A stretch of 64,000 nt of DNA from a virus. Taxonomy: Duplodnaviria; Caudoviricetes. How positions within the stretch are numbered: the stretch's first letter is position 1; each line of letters starts with the position of its first letter. Location: IMG/VR virus record IMGVR_UViG_2930461776_000001, positions 1 to 64,000 of that record, one strand, 5' to 3'. Positions 18,531 to 28,147 of this stretch are shown here, piece after piece. The notes beneath the pieces were generated by a model. That model was not told where the DNA came from, did not search any database, and was given only the letters and a program-made list of their open reading frames with translations. The position numbers were made by a program, and so were the translations under genes.

Positions 18531-19971
18531 GGTAGCGCGGGACTTCTGGTCGGCTCCACGAGGCTTCGACGCCACCGGGGCGGCGTCCTGGTCTCCGGCC
18601 ACTCCGGTACCAGTCATGCAGGTCGCCGCGAGCGCGGCGAGGTTGCGGGCTGCGTTGTCATCCCGGTCGATGACCAGGCCACAGGCGTCGCATTCGTAGG
18701 TCCGGACGTGCAGCGGCAGCTTGGCTTTCACTGCGCCACACCCGGAGCAAGTCTTGGAGGATGGGTACCAGCGGTCTGCGACCACCAGGCGGGTGCCGTG
18801 GCGTTGCCGGGCCTTGTAGTCGAGTTGGCGGCGGATCTCGCCGAATCCGGCGTCGGCGATCCTGCGGGCCATGCGCTGGCTACGGAGCATGCCGGCAACG
18901 TTGAGGTCCTCGACCACGATCGTGCCGTACTCGGCGGCCACGGCGGTCGTCAGCTTGTGCAGGGCGTCTTCGCGGAGGTTCGCCACTCGGTAGTGGACGC
19001 GATTGCGTGCGGCATTCGCCTTCTCCCAGCGACGAGATGGCTGCTGGCCGGTACGCCGGTCGGGGCCCTGGCGGCGGGCGACGACGCGGGAGGCGCGGCG
19101 CAGTTCCTTGCGCGCCCGGTCATAGTGGCCCGGGTTGGCCACGGTGCGGATCTCGCCCGTGCTGTCGGCCATCACCGCGAGGGTCTTCACGCCAAGGTCG
19201 ATCCCGACGGCAACGTCCGGGCGGGTGACGCGGATGATCTCCCGCTTCACCTCGACCTGGAACGAGGCGAACCATCGTCCGCGTTCATGCCGGACGGTCG
19301 CAGACAGGATGCGCGCGGTCCCGGCCTGTATGTGGCCGAGCAGCTTGTGCGTGGGCTCTTGGGTTCGGATCGCGCCCAGCCGGGGCAATGTGACGTGCCG
19401 GCCGTCGGCGTCCACGCGGATCGTGCCGGTGGTGAACCGGCAGGAGAGACGCGCCTTCCGCTTCGACTTGAAACGGGGCGCACCCATCCGCTTGCCGCGC
19501 CGCTTGCCGTTCTTCGACTTCGCGTAGTTGTCGAACGCGGCCGACGCGTTGGCGAGGCCGGTGTTGTACGCCTCCTTGGAGTTCTCCCCCCACCAGGCGG
19601 TGAAGCGCGGGTCGGTGCGCTTGGCCTCGTTGAACGCCTTCCGCAGCGACGGCAGCGACCATGGTCGCCTCTCCGTCAGTGCTGCCTCCGGGACGCCGTA
19701 GGACTCCTCGGCCCTCCGCTGCCACCAGGAGGCGGTCACCCAGCCGACAGCCCAGTTGTACGCAGCCCGGGCCGCACCGCAGTGGGAGCGAAGCGCGCGT
19801 TCCTGAGTGGTGTTGGGGTCCAAGGCGAAGCGGTACGCCTGCACCACGAAGCCGGGCTGCGACTGGAACCTCTTCACCTTCACATCCGACCGGTAGGGGC
19901 GGTGCCTGGAATGGGCTCTGACCTGCTGTTTCGCTCTGTTCAGTCTACCAAAATCCTTGCCTGCGCGGCCC
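18356..19971 (-). mobile_element. Non-autonomous IS607-type TnpB-only element
   Basis: tnpB with no tnpA. Right end reads ...GGCAACGG; CCGTTG is present at both junctions (18356-18361 and 19970-19975). Confidence 0.75.
18420..19883 (-). CDS. tnpB: RNA-guided endonuclease TnpB
   Basis: QAYRFALDP N-terminus; RuvC GIDLG, VVEDL, DRDDNAA; Zn finger CSGC/CDAC. Start GTG at 19883 or 19877. Confidence 0.92.
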   Translation of the reverse strand: MKVKRFQSQPGFVVQAYRFALDPNTTQERALRSHCGAARAAYNWAVGWVTASWWQRRAEESYGVPEAALTERRPWSLPSLRKAFNEAKRTDPRFTAWWGENSKEAYNTGLANASAAFDNYAKSKNGKRRGKRMGAPRFKSKRKARLSCRFTTGTIRVDADGRHVTLPRLGAIRTQEPTHKLLGHIQAGTARILSATVRHERGRWFASFQVEVKREIIRVTRPDVAVGIDLGVKTLAVMADSTGEIRTVANPGHYDRARKELRRASRVVARRQGPDRRTGQQPSRRWEKANAARNRVHYRVANLREDALHKLTTAVAAEYGTIVVEDLNVAGMLRSQRMARRIADAGFGEIRRQLDYKARQRHGTRLVVADRWYPSSKTCSGCGAVKAKLPLHVRTYECDACGLVIDRDDNAARNLAALAATCMTGTGVAGDQDAAPVASKPRGADQKSRATRTRRKAEAGRAGGATLPQQRQTEARDRTQTEVLTLW

Positions 19972-20052
19972 GTTGGGGCGCCCGCCCCCACGTCCCCCGC
20001 CCACCTGTCACCCGCCCCACTGAGACAACCCGTCAACAAGGAGACCAAGGCC

Positions 20053-20373
20053 ATGACCAGCACTGATCTTCTCCCGCCGCCGAGCCCCGCCCTCACCGTC
20101 CACCAGGCCGCCGCTGCTCTCCGCCGTACCGCCGAGTGCGCGGTCGCCGCGATGGCCCGCAACGACTATTGGGCAGGCGGCTGGCAGCGCGGCGTGACGA
20201 ACGCGATCAGCGGCTACGAGGGCGACCTGGCCGCGTTGTTCAGCCCCGAGATGGCTGTCGAGGTGGCCGACTGGCTCGACGAGGTGGCCTCTGCTGCGGC
20301 CCGGCGTGGTGAACCGCTTCCGCCGCTCGCCCTCACGATCGCCAGCGCCCTCGCCGCCCACCCCGCCCCCTGA
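20053..20373 (+). CDS. Hypothetical protein
   Basis: AAGGAG RBS. Confidence 0.6.
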   Translation: MTSTDLLPPPSPALTVHQAAAALRRTAECAVAAMARNDYWAGGWQRGVTNAISGYEGDLAALFSPEMAVEVADWLDEVASAAARRGEPLPPLALTIASALAAHPAP

Positions 20374-20419
20374 CTGCCCTGTCTGTCCGCCCTCACGCGA
20401 CCACCCCTAGGAGACCCGC

Positions 20420-20968
20420 ATGACCACCCTCAGTCCCGCCTCGCAGAAGCTGCTGCGAGAGATCGCTCGCCGCGACAAGGGCCACGGTGTCGCCGTCCGG
20501 TACGCCGGCCGCGGACGCTGGCACCTCGACGGCAGTTGCAACGACTACAACCGCGGCACGTTCCCGCCCCTGTTCGAGGCCGACCTGGTCGTCGGCTGGG
20601 ACGAGCACGATGACGATGGCCCGCTGAGCATCACCGACGCGGGCAGGAAGCTCGCCGGCGAGTTGGACGCGGAGGCCGCAGCGCAGCAGGCCGCGAAGAA
20701 GGCCCGCCCGAAGCCGTCCGCGGAAGGTGCGGCGGCGCAGCGCCTGCTGCGGGAGATCGCGAAGCGCTCCGAGTCGACGTTGATCTACTCCGACAGCCGT
20801 GGGCGCCGGACGTGGAGCCTCGGCTCACACGACGGCTACCGGGCGTCCGCCGACACCTGGCTCGCCCTCAGTGGCGCCGACCTGATCCACATCGAGTACG
20901 GGTTCGCCGGCGGCCGACGCGTGTCCGTGACCGACGCCGGCCGCAAGCGGCTCGCTGCCGGCCGGTGA
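20420..20968 (+). CDS. Tandem duplicated wHTH-like protein
   Basis: QKLLREIARR..ITDAGRK and QRLLREIAKR..VTDAGRK. Confidence 0.7.
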   Translation: MTTLSPASQKLLREIARRDKGHGVAVRYAGRGRWHLDGSCNDYNRGTFPPLFEADLVVGWDEHDDDGPLSITDAGRKLAGELDAEAAAQQAAKKARPKPSAEGAAAQRLLREIAKRSESTLIYSDSRGRRTWSLGSHDGYRASADTWLALSGADLIHIEYGFAGGRRVSVTDAGRKRLAAGR

Positions 20969-21045
20969 GCAGTTGGACGGCTGCCCGTGTTGGAGCCACG
21001 GGCAGCCGCAACCCGATCACATCACACAACCCGAAGGAGTCCCGC

Positions 21046-21591
21046 ATGACCCAGCCCGCCCCGCTCACCGACGAACAGCCCATCCGTGCCTGGACCGACA
21101 TCGACCCGAAGGACGCCGTCAGCCTCAACCTGGCCGAGCGCCTCGACATCACCGCCCCGCTCAATGAGAACGGCGAGCGCTGCCCGTGGCCTTGGGAGCC
21201 GCAGCAGCTCGTCGGCGCCCCGATGGGCCAATACCGGTGCGGCTACTGCATGGCCATGGTCATGGCCGGGATGCCGCACCTCGACTACTCGCCCGAGGAG
21301 CGGACGCTCACCCGCGAGAACACCGCCGAGGTCGCCGAGTGGTGCGGTGGCCGACGGGCGGGCGGGGCCAACGAGCTCGTCGCCTTCGACCAGTTCGGCG
21401 AGACCGTCTACGCCCGGCCCGGCGACACGATCCACCGTGACGGCTTCGGCGAGTTCACCATCCGCACGGCCTCCAGCGCCTCCGCACGGCCCGTTCCCGC
21501 CCCGGAGGCACCCGACGGGCCCGGAAGCGCCCAGACAGCCGCAGGCGGGCGTACAGAGGGCGCCACGGGCACGGGTGGGGGCGAGCGATGA
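21046..21591 (+). CDS. Hypothetical protein (Zn-binding motif)
   Basis: AAGGAG RBS; C...CGYC...H. Confidence 0.6.
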   Translation: MTQPAPLTDEQPIRAWTDIDPKDAVSLNLAERLDITAPLNENGERCPWPWEPQQLVGAPMGQYRCGYCMAMVMAGMPHLDYSPEERTLTRENTAEVAEWCGGRRAGGANELVAFDQFGETVYARPGDTIHRDGFGEFTIRTASSASARPVPAPEAPDGPGSAQTAAGGRTEGATGTGGGER

Positions 21592-21872
21592 GCGGCACGG
21601 CCGTCCGGCTGCAAGTCGATGAGATCGGCATAGCCCTGCACGCCCCCGCCGAGACCCGCCAGTGGTGGGAGCTGTTCCGGCTGCGCCATGCGGCTCGGCT
21701 GACGACTGTCGCAGTGCGTATGCCCGGTGACCTTGTCGAGATCAGCTGCGACGACCGTCCGCATGCCGAGTGGCTGCGAGGCGAACTGCGGCAGCGGGGC
21801 GTACCTCAGGCCTCACTCAAGATCAAGGCCCACTCACCGACCCCCGAGCAGGCCGCGCCGCTGACCCCGTGA
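21588..21872 (+). CDS. Hypothetical protein
   Basis: ATGA coupling. Confidence 0.55.
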   Translation: MSGTAVRLQVDEIGIALHAPAETRQWWELFRLRHAARLTTVAVRMPGDLVEISCDDRPHAEWLRGELRQRGVPQASLKIKAHSPTPEQAAPLTP

Positions 21873-21942
21873 CCACCCACCGGACCGGCCGCCGCTGCGG
21901 ATATCAGCGGCGGCCGGCTGCCCCGAACCTACTGGAGACCTG

Positions 21943-22683
21943 ATGACCGACAACCTGTTCGTTCCCCCGGCCGCCGAGGGCCTGCCTCTCGCCGCGCTCG
22001 ACTCCGCCACCGAAGGCGCCAACGCGCTCAACGCGTGGTCGACTGACCCGCGTGGCCGGAACTTCCTCGCTCACGCTCTGGTGCAACTGGCCCGCGACGG
22101 CTGGCTGCGTGTCGAGCCGGGTGAGGGGTTCGAGCCGATGCCCGAGCGGGAGCCCGCCGCCCCCGCCGTGCCGGTCCCGCCCACGACACTCGCCACCGAC
22201 GAGGCCGCCCTGCGCGACCGCATCGCCGAGGTGTTCGCCGAGCACGACTTGGCGTACTTCAGCCCCCGGCGCCGCTACGCGCTCGCCGACGCGGTGCTGG
22301 CCGTGCTGCCGCCGCCCGCCGACGAGGCGCAGCAGCCCGACACCGAGACGCCGCGCAAGTGGTGCAAGTGCCGGTCCTGCTGGGGCTGGTTCGTCGAGGA
22401 CCACCCCGGAGAGGACCTCGACGAGCTCGGCAGGGACCTGGCCTGGTGGTCGGGGCTGCCCGTGCACCGCGATGCGCCTTCCACCGCTGCTGTCCCGGGT
22501 CGTGCGGCCGACGAGGAACAGGGCGAGACGGACTGCTGCGGCGATGAGCCCCCGGCCGACGGCACTTGGGGCGACTGCTGGTGCACTCTCCCGCCCGGCC
22601 ACGACGGCCAGCACCAGTGCCAGCCCTGCACCGACCGGCACGGCGCACCCGGCTGGACGGACACCGAGGAGCCCCGCCGATGA
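21943..22683 (+). CDS. Mosaic Cys-rich hypothetical protein
   Basis: GGAG RBS; WCKCRSC and C..CTL..GH.G.H.C..C modules. Confidence 0.6.
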   Translation: MTDNLFVPPAAEGLPLAALDSATEGANALNAWSTDPRGRNFLAHALVQLARDGWLRVEPGEGFEPMPEREPAAPAVPVPPTTLATDEAALRDRIAEVFAEHDLAYFSPRRRYALADAVLAVLPPPADEAQQPDTETPRKWCKCRSCWGWFVEDHPGEDLDELGRDLAWWSGLPVHRDAPSTAAVPGRAADEEQGETDCCGDEPPADGTWGDCWCTLPPGHDGQHQCQPCTDRHGAPGWTDTEEPRR

Positions 22684-22976
22684 ACTGGCTCCTCACCGCC
22701 GCCGCCTTGGCCGCAGGGTTCGCCCTCGGACGGACCAGCCTCGACCGCATCGTCTCCTGGGCCGAGGGCTGGACCACACCCGGCTGGAAGCACTGGCGGT
22801 TCTGGCCCGCCGCTCCGGTAGCCATCGCCTGCCTCGCCCTGGTGTGGGTCGTGCACCCGCGCCGGACGCTGGCCAACGTCCGCTCCTGGCGGGCCGGGGA
22901 GCGGCTGCACCCGGCGCCCGAGTATCGGCCGCAGTGGACCGACCAGTCGCCGCGGGACGAAGGAGCCTCGCCGTGA
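22680..22976 (+). CDS. Membrane protein
   Basis: ATGA coupling, two hydrophobic segments. Confidence 0.55.
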   Translation: MNWLLTAAALAAGFALGRTSLDRIVSWAEGWTTPGWKHWRFWPAAPVAIACLALVWVVHPRRTLANVRSWRAGERLHPAPEYRPQWTDQSPRDEGASP

Positions 22977-23233
22977 CGGGTGTTGCCGCCTACGTGACGC
23001 TCACGGTCGTCCTGCCCGCGCTGCTGCTCGGGCATCAGGGGCAGGACTTCCCGCCCGCCGCGTGGTGGCGGGCGTGGCGCACAGCAGGGCCGAGAAGGGG
23101 CCTGTACGGGCCTGAGAGCGCCGAACAGCCCGCACCCGGCCCGGAGTCGCCTCCAGCGCCGCAGAGGCGCTCACACCGCCACACGCCCTCCTGGGCGCAC
23201 ACCCAACCACTCGACCGACAGGAAGCCGCATGA
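22973..23233 (+). CDS. Membrane-anchored hypothetical protein
   Basis: AAGGAG RBS, GTGA coupling. Confidence 0.5.
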   Translation: MTGVAAYVTLTVVLPALLLGHQGQDFPPAAWWRAWRTAGPRRGLYGPESAEQPAPGPESPPAPQRRSHRHTPSWAHTQPLDRQEAA

Positions 23234-23493
23234 CCATCGCCGAGCTCCGCCGCCAGCTCCTCGAACTCCAGCACCTGCCCGACAGCACACTCGTCGTCCT
23301 CGCCAAGGACGCCGAAGGCAACGGCTTCTCACCAGCCGTCGAAGCGATCCCCGGCATGTACCTCGCAGACACCACCTGGTCCGGCGGGCACTACCTCACC
23401 GAGGAACAGCGCCTCGCCGAGACGGATCCCGACGAGTGGTCACAGGCCCCGGACGACGCCATGCCCGCGGTCTTCCTCTGGCCCGTCAACTGA
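23230..23493 (+). CDS. Conserved phage hypothetical protein
   Basis: VVLAKDAEGNGFSP...AVFLWPVN. Confidence 0.65.
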   Translation: MTIAELRRQLLELQHLPDSTLVVLAKDAEGNGFSPAVEAIPGMYLADTTWSGGHYLTEEQRLAETDPDEWSQAPDDAMPAVFLWPVN

Positions 23494-23573
23494 CCACCCC
23501 GGCCGCCCCCAGCCCGGGGGCGGCCCGCACCCTCCCCGGCGCACACCCAGCCGAACAACCACGGAGACAACGC

Positions 23574-23936
23574 ATGACCGAACAGCCCTGCCCCTTCTGC
23601 GAGATCGTCGCCGGACGCGCACCCGCCACCATCGTCCACGAATGGCCCGAGGCCATCGCGATCGTCCCGCTCAACCCCGTCGTCGAAGGCCACCTGCTCG
23701 TCCTCCCACGCGAGCACGTCCGGGACTTCACCGACTACCCCACCGTCTCGGCCGCCACGATGCTCTGCGCCGCCGAACTCGTCGCAGGTATGGGCGCCTA
23801 CAACCTGATCACCAGCAAGGGGCGGCCCGCCACGCAGAGCGTGTTCCACCTCCACCTGCACCTCGTACCCCGCGCCGAGAATGACGGGCTGGCGCTGCCC
23901 TGGTACAGCGGGCGATCACGCAAGGCGCACACGTGA
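23574..23936 (+). CDS. HIT family nucleotide hydrolase
   Basis: CPFCEI, P...GHLLVLP..H, QSVFHLHLHLVPR. Confidence 0.9.
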   Translation: MTEQPCPFCEIVAGRAPATIVHEWPEAIAIVPLNPVVEGHLLVLPREHVRDFTDYPTVSAATMLCAAELVAGMGAYNLITSKGRPATQSVFHLHLHLVPRAENDGLALPWYSGRSRKAHT

Positions 23937-24090
23937 TCCGCGCCCTGGCCCGCCACTACGACGCGTGGGAACACGCCGCCCTCAACTGCCCCCACCGACG
24001 CACACTCCGCCGCTACCAGTGGCCATACACCGCGCTCTGCGCTGTTCGCATCGGACCCGCATGGATCAACGCCATCCGCAGGAGGGCGAC

Positions 24091-24252
24091 ATGACCGCCG
24101 CCGTCCAACTCGCCTACGACTGCGAGCCGATATGGGACCTCGACGACGCCGTCTACATCGAAGCCGGCGACCGCGACCTCCTCGGCCAACACGCCACCGC
24201 CAGGCAGATCACCAACGCCGACACCGCTGACCACGACGGGAGATACCTGTGA
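24091..24252 (+). CDS. Hypothetical protein
   Basis: AGGAGGG RBS. Confidence 0.5.
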   Translation: MTAAVQLAYDCEPIWDLDDAVYIEAGDRDLLGQHATARQITNADTADHDGRYL

Positions 24253-24611
24253 CCACACCCTCGTCACGCCGTGGACCGAGCAGCCGGCCGCTGACCCCCC
24301 GCCAGCTCAAAGCACTCCACCTAGCCGCCACCGGCCACACCCACCAGCAGATCGCCGGGCAACTCGGCATAGCCGCATCAAGCGTCGGCAAGTTCCACAC
24401 CGAGATCTTCCGCAAGCTCGGCGCCAAGTCCATGCCCCACGCCGTCCACCTCGCCTGGCAATCCGGGATCCTCCGCCGCGAACGCCACGGCGACCACGCC
24501 GGCTACGCCGCCCACCACTACCGCGGCGAAACACCCTGCGACCTCTGTAAAGCCGGGGAACGCAAGTACCGGAATGACCGCCGCAACCAGACCAAGGAGC
24601 AAGCAGCATGA
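24249..24611 (+). CDS. LuxR-type HTH regulator with C-terminal His/Cys motif
   Basis: LTPRQ..L...G.T..QIA..LGI...V..H..IFRKLG. Confidence 0.8.
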   Translation: MTTPSSRRGPSSRPLTPRQLKALHLAATGHTHQQIAGQLGIAASSVGKFHTEIFRKLGAKSMPHAVHLAWQSGILRRERHGDHAGYAAHHYRGETPCDLCKAGERKYRNDRRNQTKEQAA

Positions 24612-24820
24612 TCCAACCCGGCCAGATCTACGCAGCCTGCGACGGCTCCGGATACCGGTACCGCATCGACGCCTACACGCCGGGCGGCCAGCACGCCCAC
24701 GTCACCGACCTCCACACCAACAGGCCCAAACAGGTCAAGGCGGCCAACCTCCACGACAGTGACCGCACCCCGAGCGGCGAACCGCGCCGCACCGGCTACG
24801 CGCTGGAGGCCCAGACGTGA
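24608..24820 (+). CDS. Hypothetical protein
   Basis: AAGGAG RBS, ATGA coupling. Confidence 0.55.
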   Translation: MIQPGQIYAACDGSGYRYRIDAYTPGGQHAHVTDLHTNRPKQVKAANLHDSDRTPSGEPRRTGYALEAQT

Positions 24821-25032
24821 CCGTCAACGCCGACCAGAGCGGTCCGGCCGGCGAGACGGCAGCCTGCGCCCACAGCTTCCCCGACCCGTACCCGGCGCCC
24901 CTCGACCAGCCTGGCGACTGCCGGCACTGCGACACCAGCTACCAGACGGCCCGAGCCGGCCACGACGGGCCCAGCGTGGGGGAAGCAGCCGATAATGAGC
25001 GGCGCTGGGCGCTGGAGAAGGAGGGCGAGTAG
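24817..25032 (+). CDS. Hypothetical protein
   Basis: GGAGG RBS, GTGA coupling. Confidence 0.5.
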   Translation: MTVNADQSGPAGETAACAHSFPDPYPAPLDQPGDCRHCDTSYQTARAGHDGPSVGEAADNERRWALEKEGE

Positions 25033-25222
25033 TGCCCCGAGACCCCCGCTGGCTTACCGAGCCAGTCCTCGTACCCCGCGGCATCGCACTCGCCTTTGCC
25101 GCCCTCGGAGTGTTGACCATAGTCAACTGGGTGCTAGCGGCCCTGCTCTGGATATTGCAGGCCGCCACATGACAGCGGCGCCCGCCCCTAGACGAGGCGG
25201 GCGCCGCGTTGGCGTGTGCGGG

Positions 25223-25543
25223 CTACGGCGCGAACACGTGATACCCGGCCAGGCAGACCACGGACTGGTTGTACGCCGCCAGAGCCATCTCGTAGGCCCG
25301 CTGCTGGCCCGCCATCACCGCACCCCACACGAGGCCCCCCACCACAACCAGCAGGCCGATCAAGACCGCGCCCGTCACCGCCAGCCAGATGCCAGCGCCG
25401 ATCGACAGCAGGGCCGCCCAGAACTTCAGGTCCGGCTCACCCGGCGGGGCATACCGGCCGCGGTGCGGGGACTCGGCCGGCAGGGATTCCCAGTACCCGC
25501 GCAGCTGCTGAACGTTCATCGACTTGCAGTTGGGACACTCCAC
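25223..25543 (-). CDS. Zinc-ribbon two-TM membrane protein
   Basis: CPNC N-terminus, two transmembrane helices, C-terminal CLAG..F. Confidence 0.6.
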   Translation of the reverse strand: MECPNCKSMNVQQLRGYWESLPAESPHRGRYAPPGEPDLKFWAALLSIGAGIWLAVTGAVLIGLLVVVGGLVWGAVMAGQQRAYEMALAAYNQSVVCLAGYHVFAP

Positions 25544-25838
25544 CGTTGACCCCCGAGGCCGCGCCAAGTTGACGCTTGAGCGTCCGCGGAAGCGGAGCCT
25601 CCAGCAAGGCGAACGAAGGGGGTGTGAGCGGGCTCACCGAGCGAGCGCAACAGGGACATCAGCCGCCTCGCGCGTGTGCACGCACTAAGGCCGGGCTGCG
25701 CCCCCGAATATTGCTACCGCGGAAGCGGGAGTGTTTGCCAGCCAGTGTTGAGTAACCCCGTGTAGGTCTTTTAGGGCCCAACTGGTGGACTGTTCATACG
25801 TGAGGCGTTCATGCATGAAGGCTTCACCAGTGTCACCT

Positions 25839-26183
25839 TCATGGAGATCCACTCTGTGGAGTGTCATGGACGGTCAGGATCGTGACGAAGTCTCCCCCGT
25901 TCGGCTGCCCCTTCGGCACTCGCGTCTTGGCCCGGGTCATATAGCCGGCCGCCTCCAGCTCCTGGAAGGCTCGACGGAACGCCCGCTTACTCTCCGCCTG
26001 CGCCCCGCGGTGCCGGTCGGCGGACTCCCACAGCTTGGCCGCGTTCGTCTGCCAGCCCGGACGCTGGGTGAGCATTTGGATCAGGACCATGCGGGCGAGG
26101 GCGCTGAGCCGCTCGTCGAACACGAGGTCGTTGGGGATCTGGACGAAGTTCTTGCGGAGCTTCGAGCGCTCGACTATCAGCAC
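25839..26183 (-). CDS. Standalone wHTH resembling a replication-initiator N-terminus
   Basis: NFVQIPN...D.RLS..AR...W......RRAFQELEAAGY..R; AGGGGG RBS. Confidence 0.65.
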   Translation of the reverse strand: MLIVERSKLRKNFVQIPNDLVFDERLSALARMVLIQMLTQRPGWQTNAAKLWESADRHRGAQAESKRAFRRAFQELEAAGYMTRAKTRVPKGQPNGGDFVTILTVHDTPQSGSP

Positions 26184-26293
26184 GCGTCGCCCCCTGACTG
26201 GCAGGGTGGGACGTGGATCGGTATGGTCATTGCAGTGCCTTACGTAGCTGGGGGTACGGATGCGGCGGGGTGATGACCCGCTCAAAGCGAAAA

Positions 26294-26324
26294 CGGCCGG
26301 AGGGATTCAGCCCCCTCCGGCCGT
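26294..26324. terminator. Hairpin
   Basis: CGGCCGGAGGG-loop-CCCTCCGGCCG. Confidence 0.55.
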
Positions 26325-26393
26325 CGCCGTTTTGCAGATAATTCTATGCGACGCCTGCGCCTGAAGTGGCGTAATCCGGGCGCCTATTGGACG

Positions 26394-26849
26394 TCATCGC
26401 GCGCGGTATTCCTCGCGCACGCGCACCAGACGGCCGTGCGTGGCCCGCATCTGGTCGAGCCGGGCCGCGAGCGTGTTGATGACCGTCTCCAGGCCGTCCG
26501 GGTCCAGGCCCTCGATGAAGTGGTCGTCGACCAGTTCGATCGTGGCGTAGGGGAGGCGCTGCGCGATGGTGGGGGAGTGCGGCTCGACCTTGATGACGGT
26601 CGACAGGACGCGGAACTCCTCCGGACGACCATCCGTGTTCACGGGCAGGGTCATCGCCTCGGGCGGGGTCCAGCACCACAGGTCTTCCGGGAACACTTCC
26701 CGGCCCTGTTCGTGCGAGTGGTCGAGCGTGCATCCGTCCATGCAGGTATACGCCATCGGCTCGCCGGTGTGGCGGTTGACGAAGCTCCACGTGCCAGGTG
26801 TGGCGGAAGACGCAGGCGACATCGCGGCGTCGGGCAGTAAGGTGTTCAT
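26394..26849 (-). CDS. Hypothetical protein (DUF6907-like)
   Basis: C..GC..DH...WC motif and C-terminal L..LAARL..MRA; GAGAGG RBS. Confidence 0.6.
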   Translation of the reverse strand: MNTLLPDAAMSPASSATPGTWSFVNRHTGEPMAYTCMDGCTLDHSHEQGREVFPEDLWCWTPPEAMTLPVNTDGRPEEFRVLSTVIKVEPHSPTIAQRLPYATIELVDDHFIEGLDPDGLETVINTLAARLDQMRATHGRLVRVREEYRAR

Positions 26850-27020
26850 CCAGACCTCTCTCTTTGCGGGGAGTGGGTTGTTGATCGGCGAGTTCGCGCT
26901 CGCCGGTGGAACGAGCCCGGTGTTCGCGCACCGGGCCGTTCGCGTTTCAGGGCCCAACGTAAGGCCGACTTCAGGGCCCAACCGGTCTCTAGGGTCACGG
27001 CTCCATTACGAGACTCCTAG

Positions 27021-27431
27021 TCAGTGCGGCAGTGCCTCGTCGAGGTACTCCTGCACCGGCCCGTACAGGCCGTAGGGCACGTAGTCGGAGATCTCCGAGT
27101 GGGCGACCCAGGCCACCGCGTCCAGCTCCTCCTCGTCCGCGACCTTCGCCTCGCCCTGGAGCACCTCGCACGCCGTGTACGACATGAGCCGGCCAGTCTT
27201 CGGGTGTACCCGCTCACCGAGCAGGCGGAGCGCCTTCACGGTCAGCCCGGTCTCCTCGTCGGTCTCACGCACCGCCGCGTCCTGCGCGCCCTCACCGGCC
27301 TCGATCGCGCCGGCCGGGAACTGCCACATCAGCTCGCCCTCGGAGATGCGGCGCCGGACCATCAGCACCCGGCCCTCGGCGACGATGATGGCGGCGCTGA
27401 TGCCGGGCTTCTCGGTGGTCGTCTCGGTCAT
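27021..27431 (-). CDS. Nudix hydrolase (pSAM2 Pif-like position)
   Basis: Intact Nudix box G-AIEAG-E-GAQDAAV-RETDEETGL. Confidence 0.9.
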   Translation of the reverse strand: MTETTTEKPGISAAIIVAEGRVLMVRRRISEGELMWQFPAGAIEAGEGAQDAAVRETDEETGLTVKALRLLGERVHPKTGRLMSYTACEVLQGEAKVADEEELDAVAWVAHSEISDYVPYGLYGPVQEYLDEALPH

Positions 27432-28066
27432 GCGATCGCCTCCAGGGCGTTCAGGATGGGCGGGTAGATCTGTTCCTGCGGGATGAAGCGGGTCAGGGCT
27501 GAGCGCGGCACCCAGGTCACGTCGATGTTCTCCACCGGGTCCCGGTTCGTCGCATCGCCCGCCAGATGGTCGGCGAGGAAGTACGAGGCCATCACCCCGG
27601 TCACCGGGTGGATGCGCTCGCCGAGCTGGTCGCGGACTGTGCAGTGCACGCCCGTCTCACCGTGCGTCTCCTGCACTGCCACCGTCGACGGGTCCACGCC
27701 CGGCTTGACCATGCCAGCCGGGAACTGCCAGCGCAGCTCCCCATCCCCGCGCCGACACACCAGCAGCACCTCGTCACCTCGCAGCACGACGGCTATCGCT
27801 ACCCGCAAAGCCTGCGCCTCCATGCGCGGGGCGGGCGGGCGCAGCAGGAGAGCGAGCCGTCGCTGCACTTCTTCACCCGCTTCCCGGTAGGCGATGTCGA
27901 GGATCTGCTGCACCTCGGTCCGGTGAACCATCTCCGGTTGCGCGTGCCACCGGCTGATGGTGCGCGGGGAGATGCCGAGGCGTTCCGCGAACGCCTCGTT
28001 GGTCATCCGCATGGCCTCTTGAAGCAGGCATGCGGTGCGGCCGGTCCAGGTGTCTACGACGTCCAC
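27428..28066 (-). CDS. XRE HTH fused to degenerate Nudix domain
   Basis: MTNEAFAERLGISPRTISRW plus G-MVKPG-V-DPSTVAV-QETHGETGV. Confidence 0.85.
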   Translation of the reverse strand: MDVVDTWTGRTACLLQEAMRMTNEAFAERLGISPRTISRWHAQPEMVHRTEVQQILDIAYREAGEEVQRRLALLLRPPAPRMEAQALRVAIAVVLRGDEVLLVCRRGDGELRWQFPAGMVKPGVDPSTVAVQETHGETGVHCTVRDQLGERIHPVTGVMASYFLADHLAGDATNRDPVENIDVTWVPRSALTRFIPQEQIYPPILNALEAIA

Positions 28067-28147
28067 AATGGGGCTCCCGTGCTCGCTGCGCTCGGGTCTG
28101 GCGGGGCGATGTCCACGCGGTGGCGCCGCCATGTCTAGGTGCTGCTG

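Noticed and set aside
18420-19883. Cas12-like effector or domesticated TldR
   Set aside because: No array, IS-type ends are present and the RuvC triad is intact, so it is ordinary TnpB.
18147-20066. 639-aa plus-strand ORF
   Set aside because: Antisense shadow of tnpB that crosses both element boundaries.
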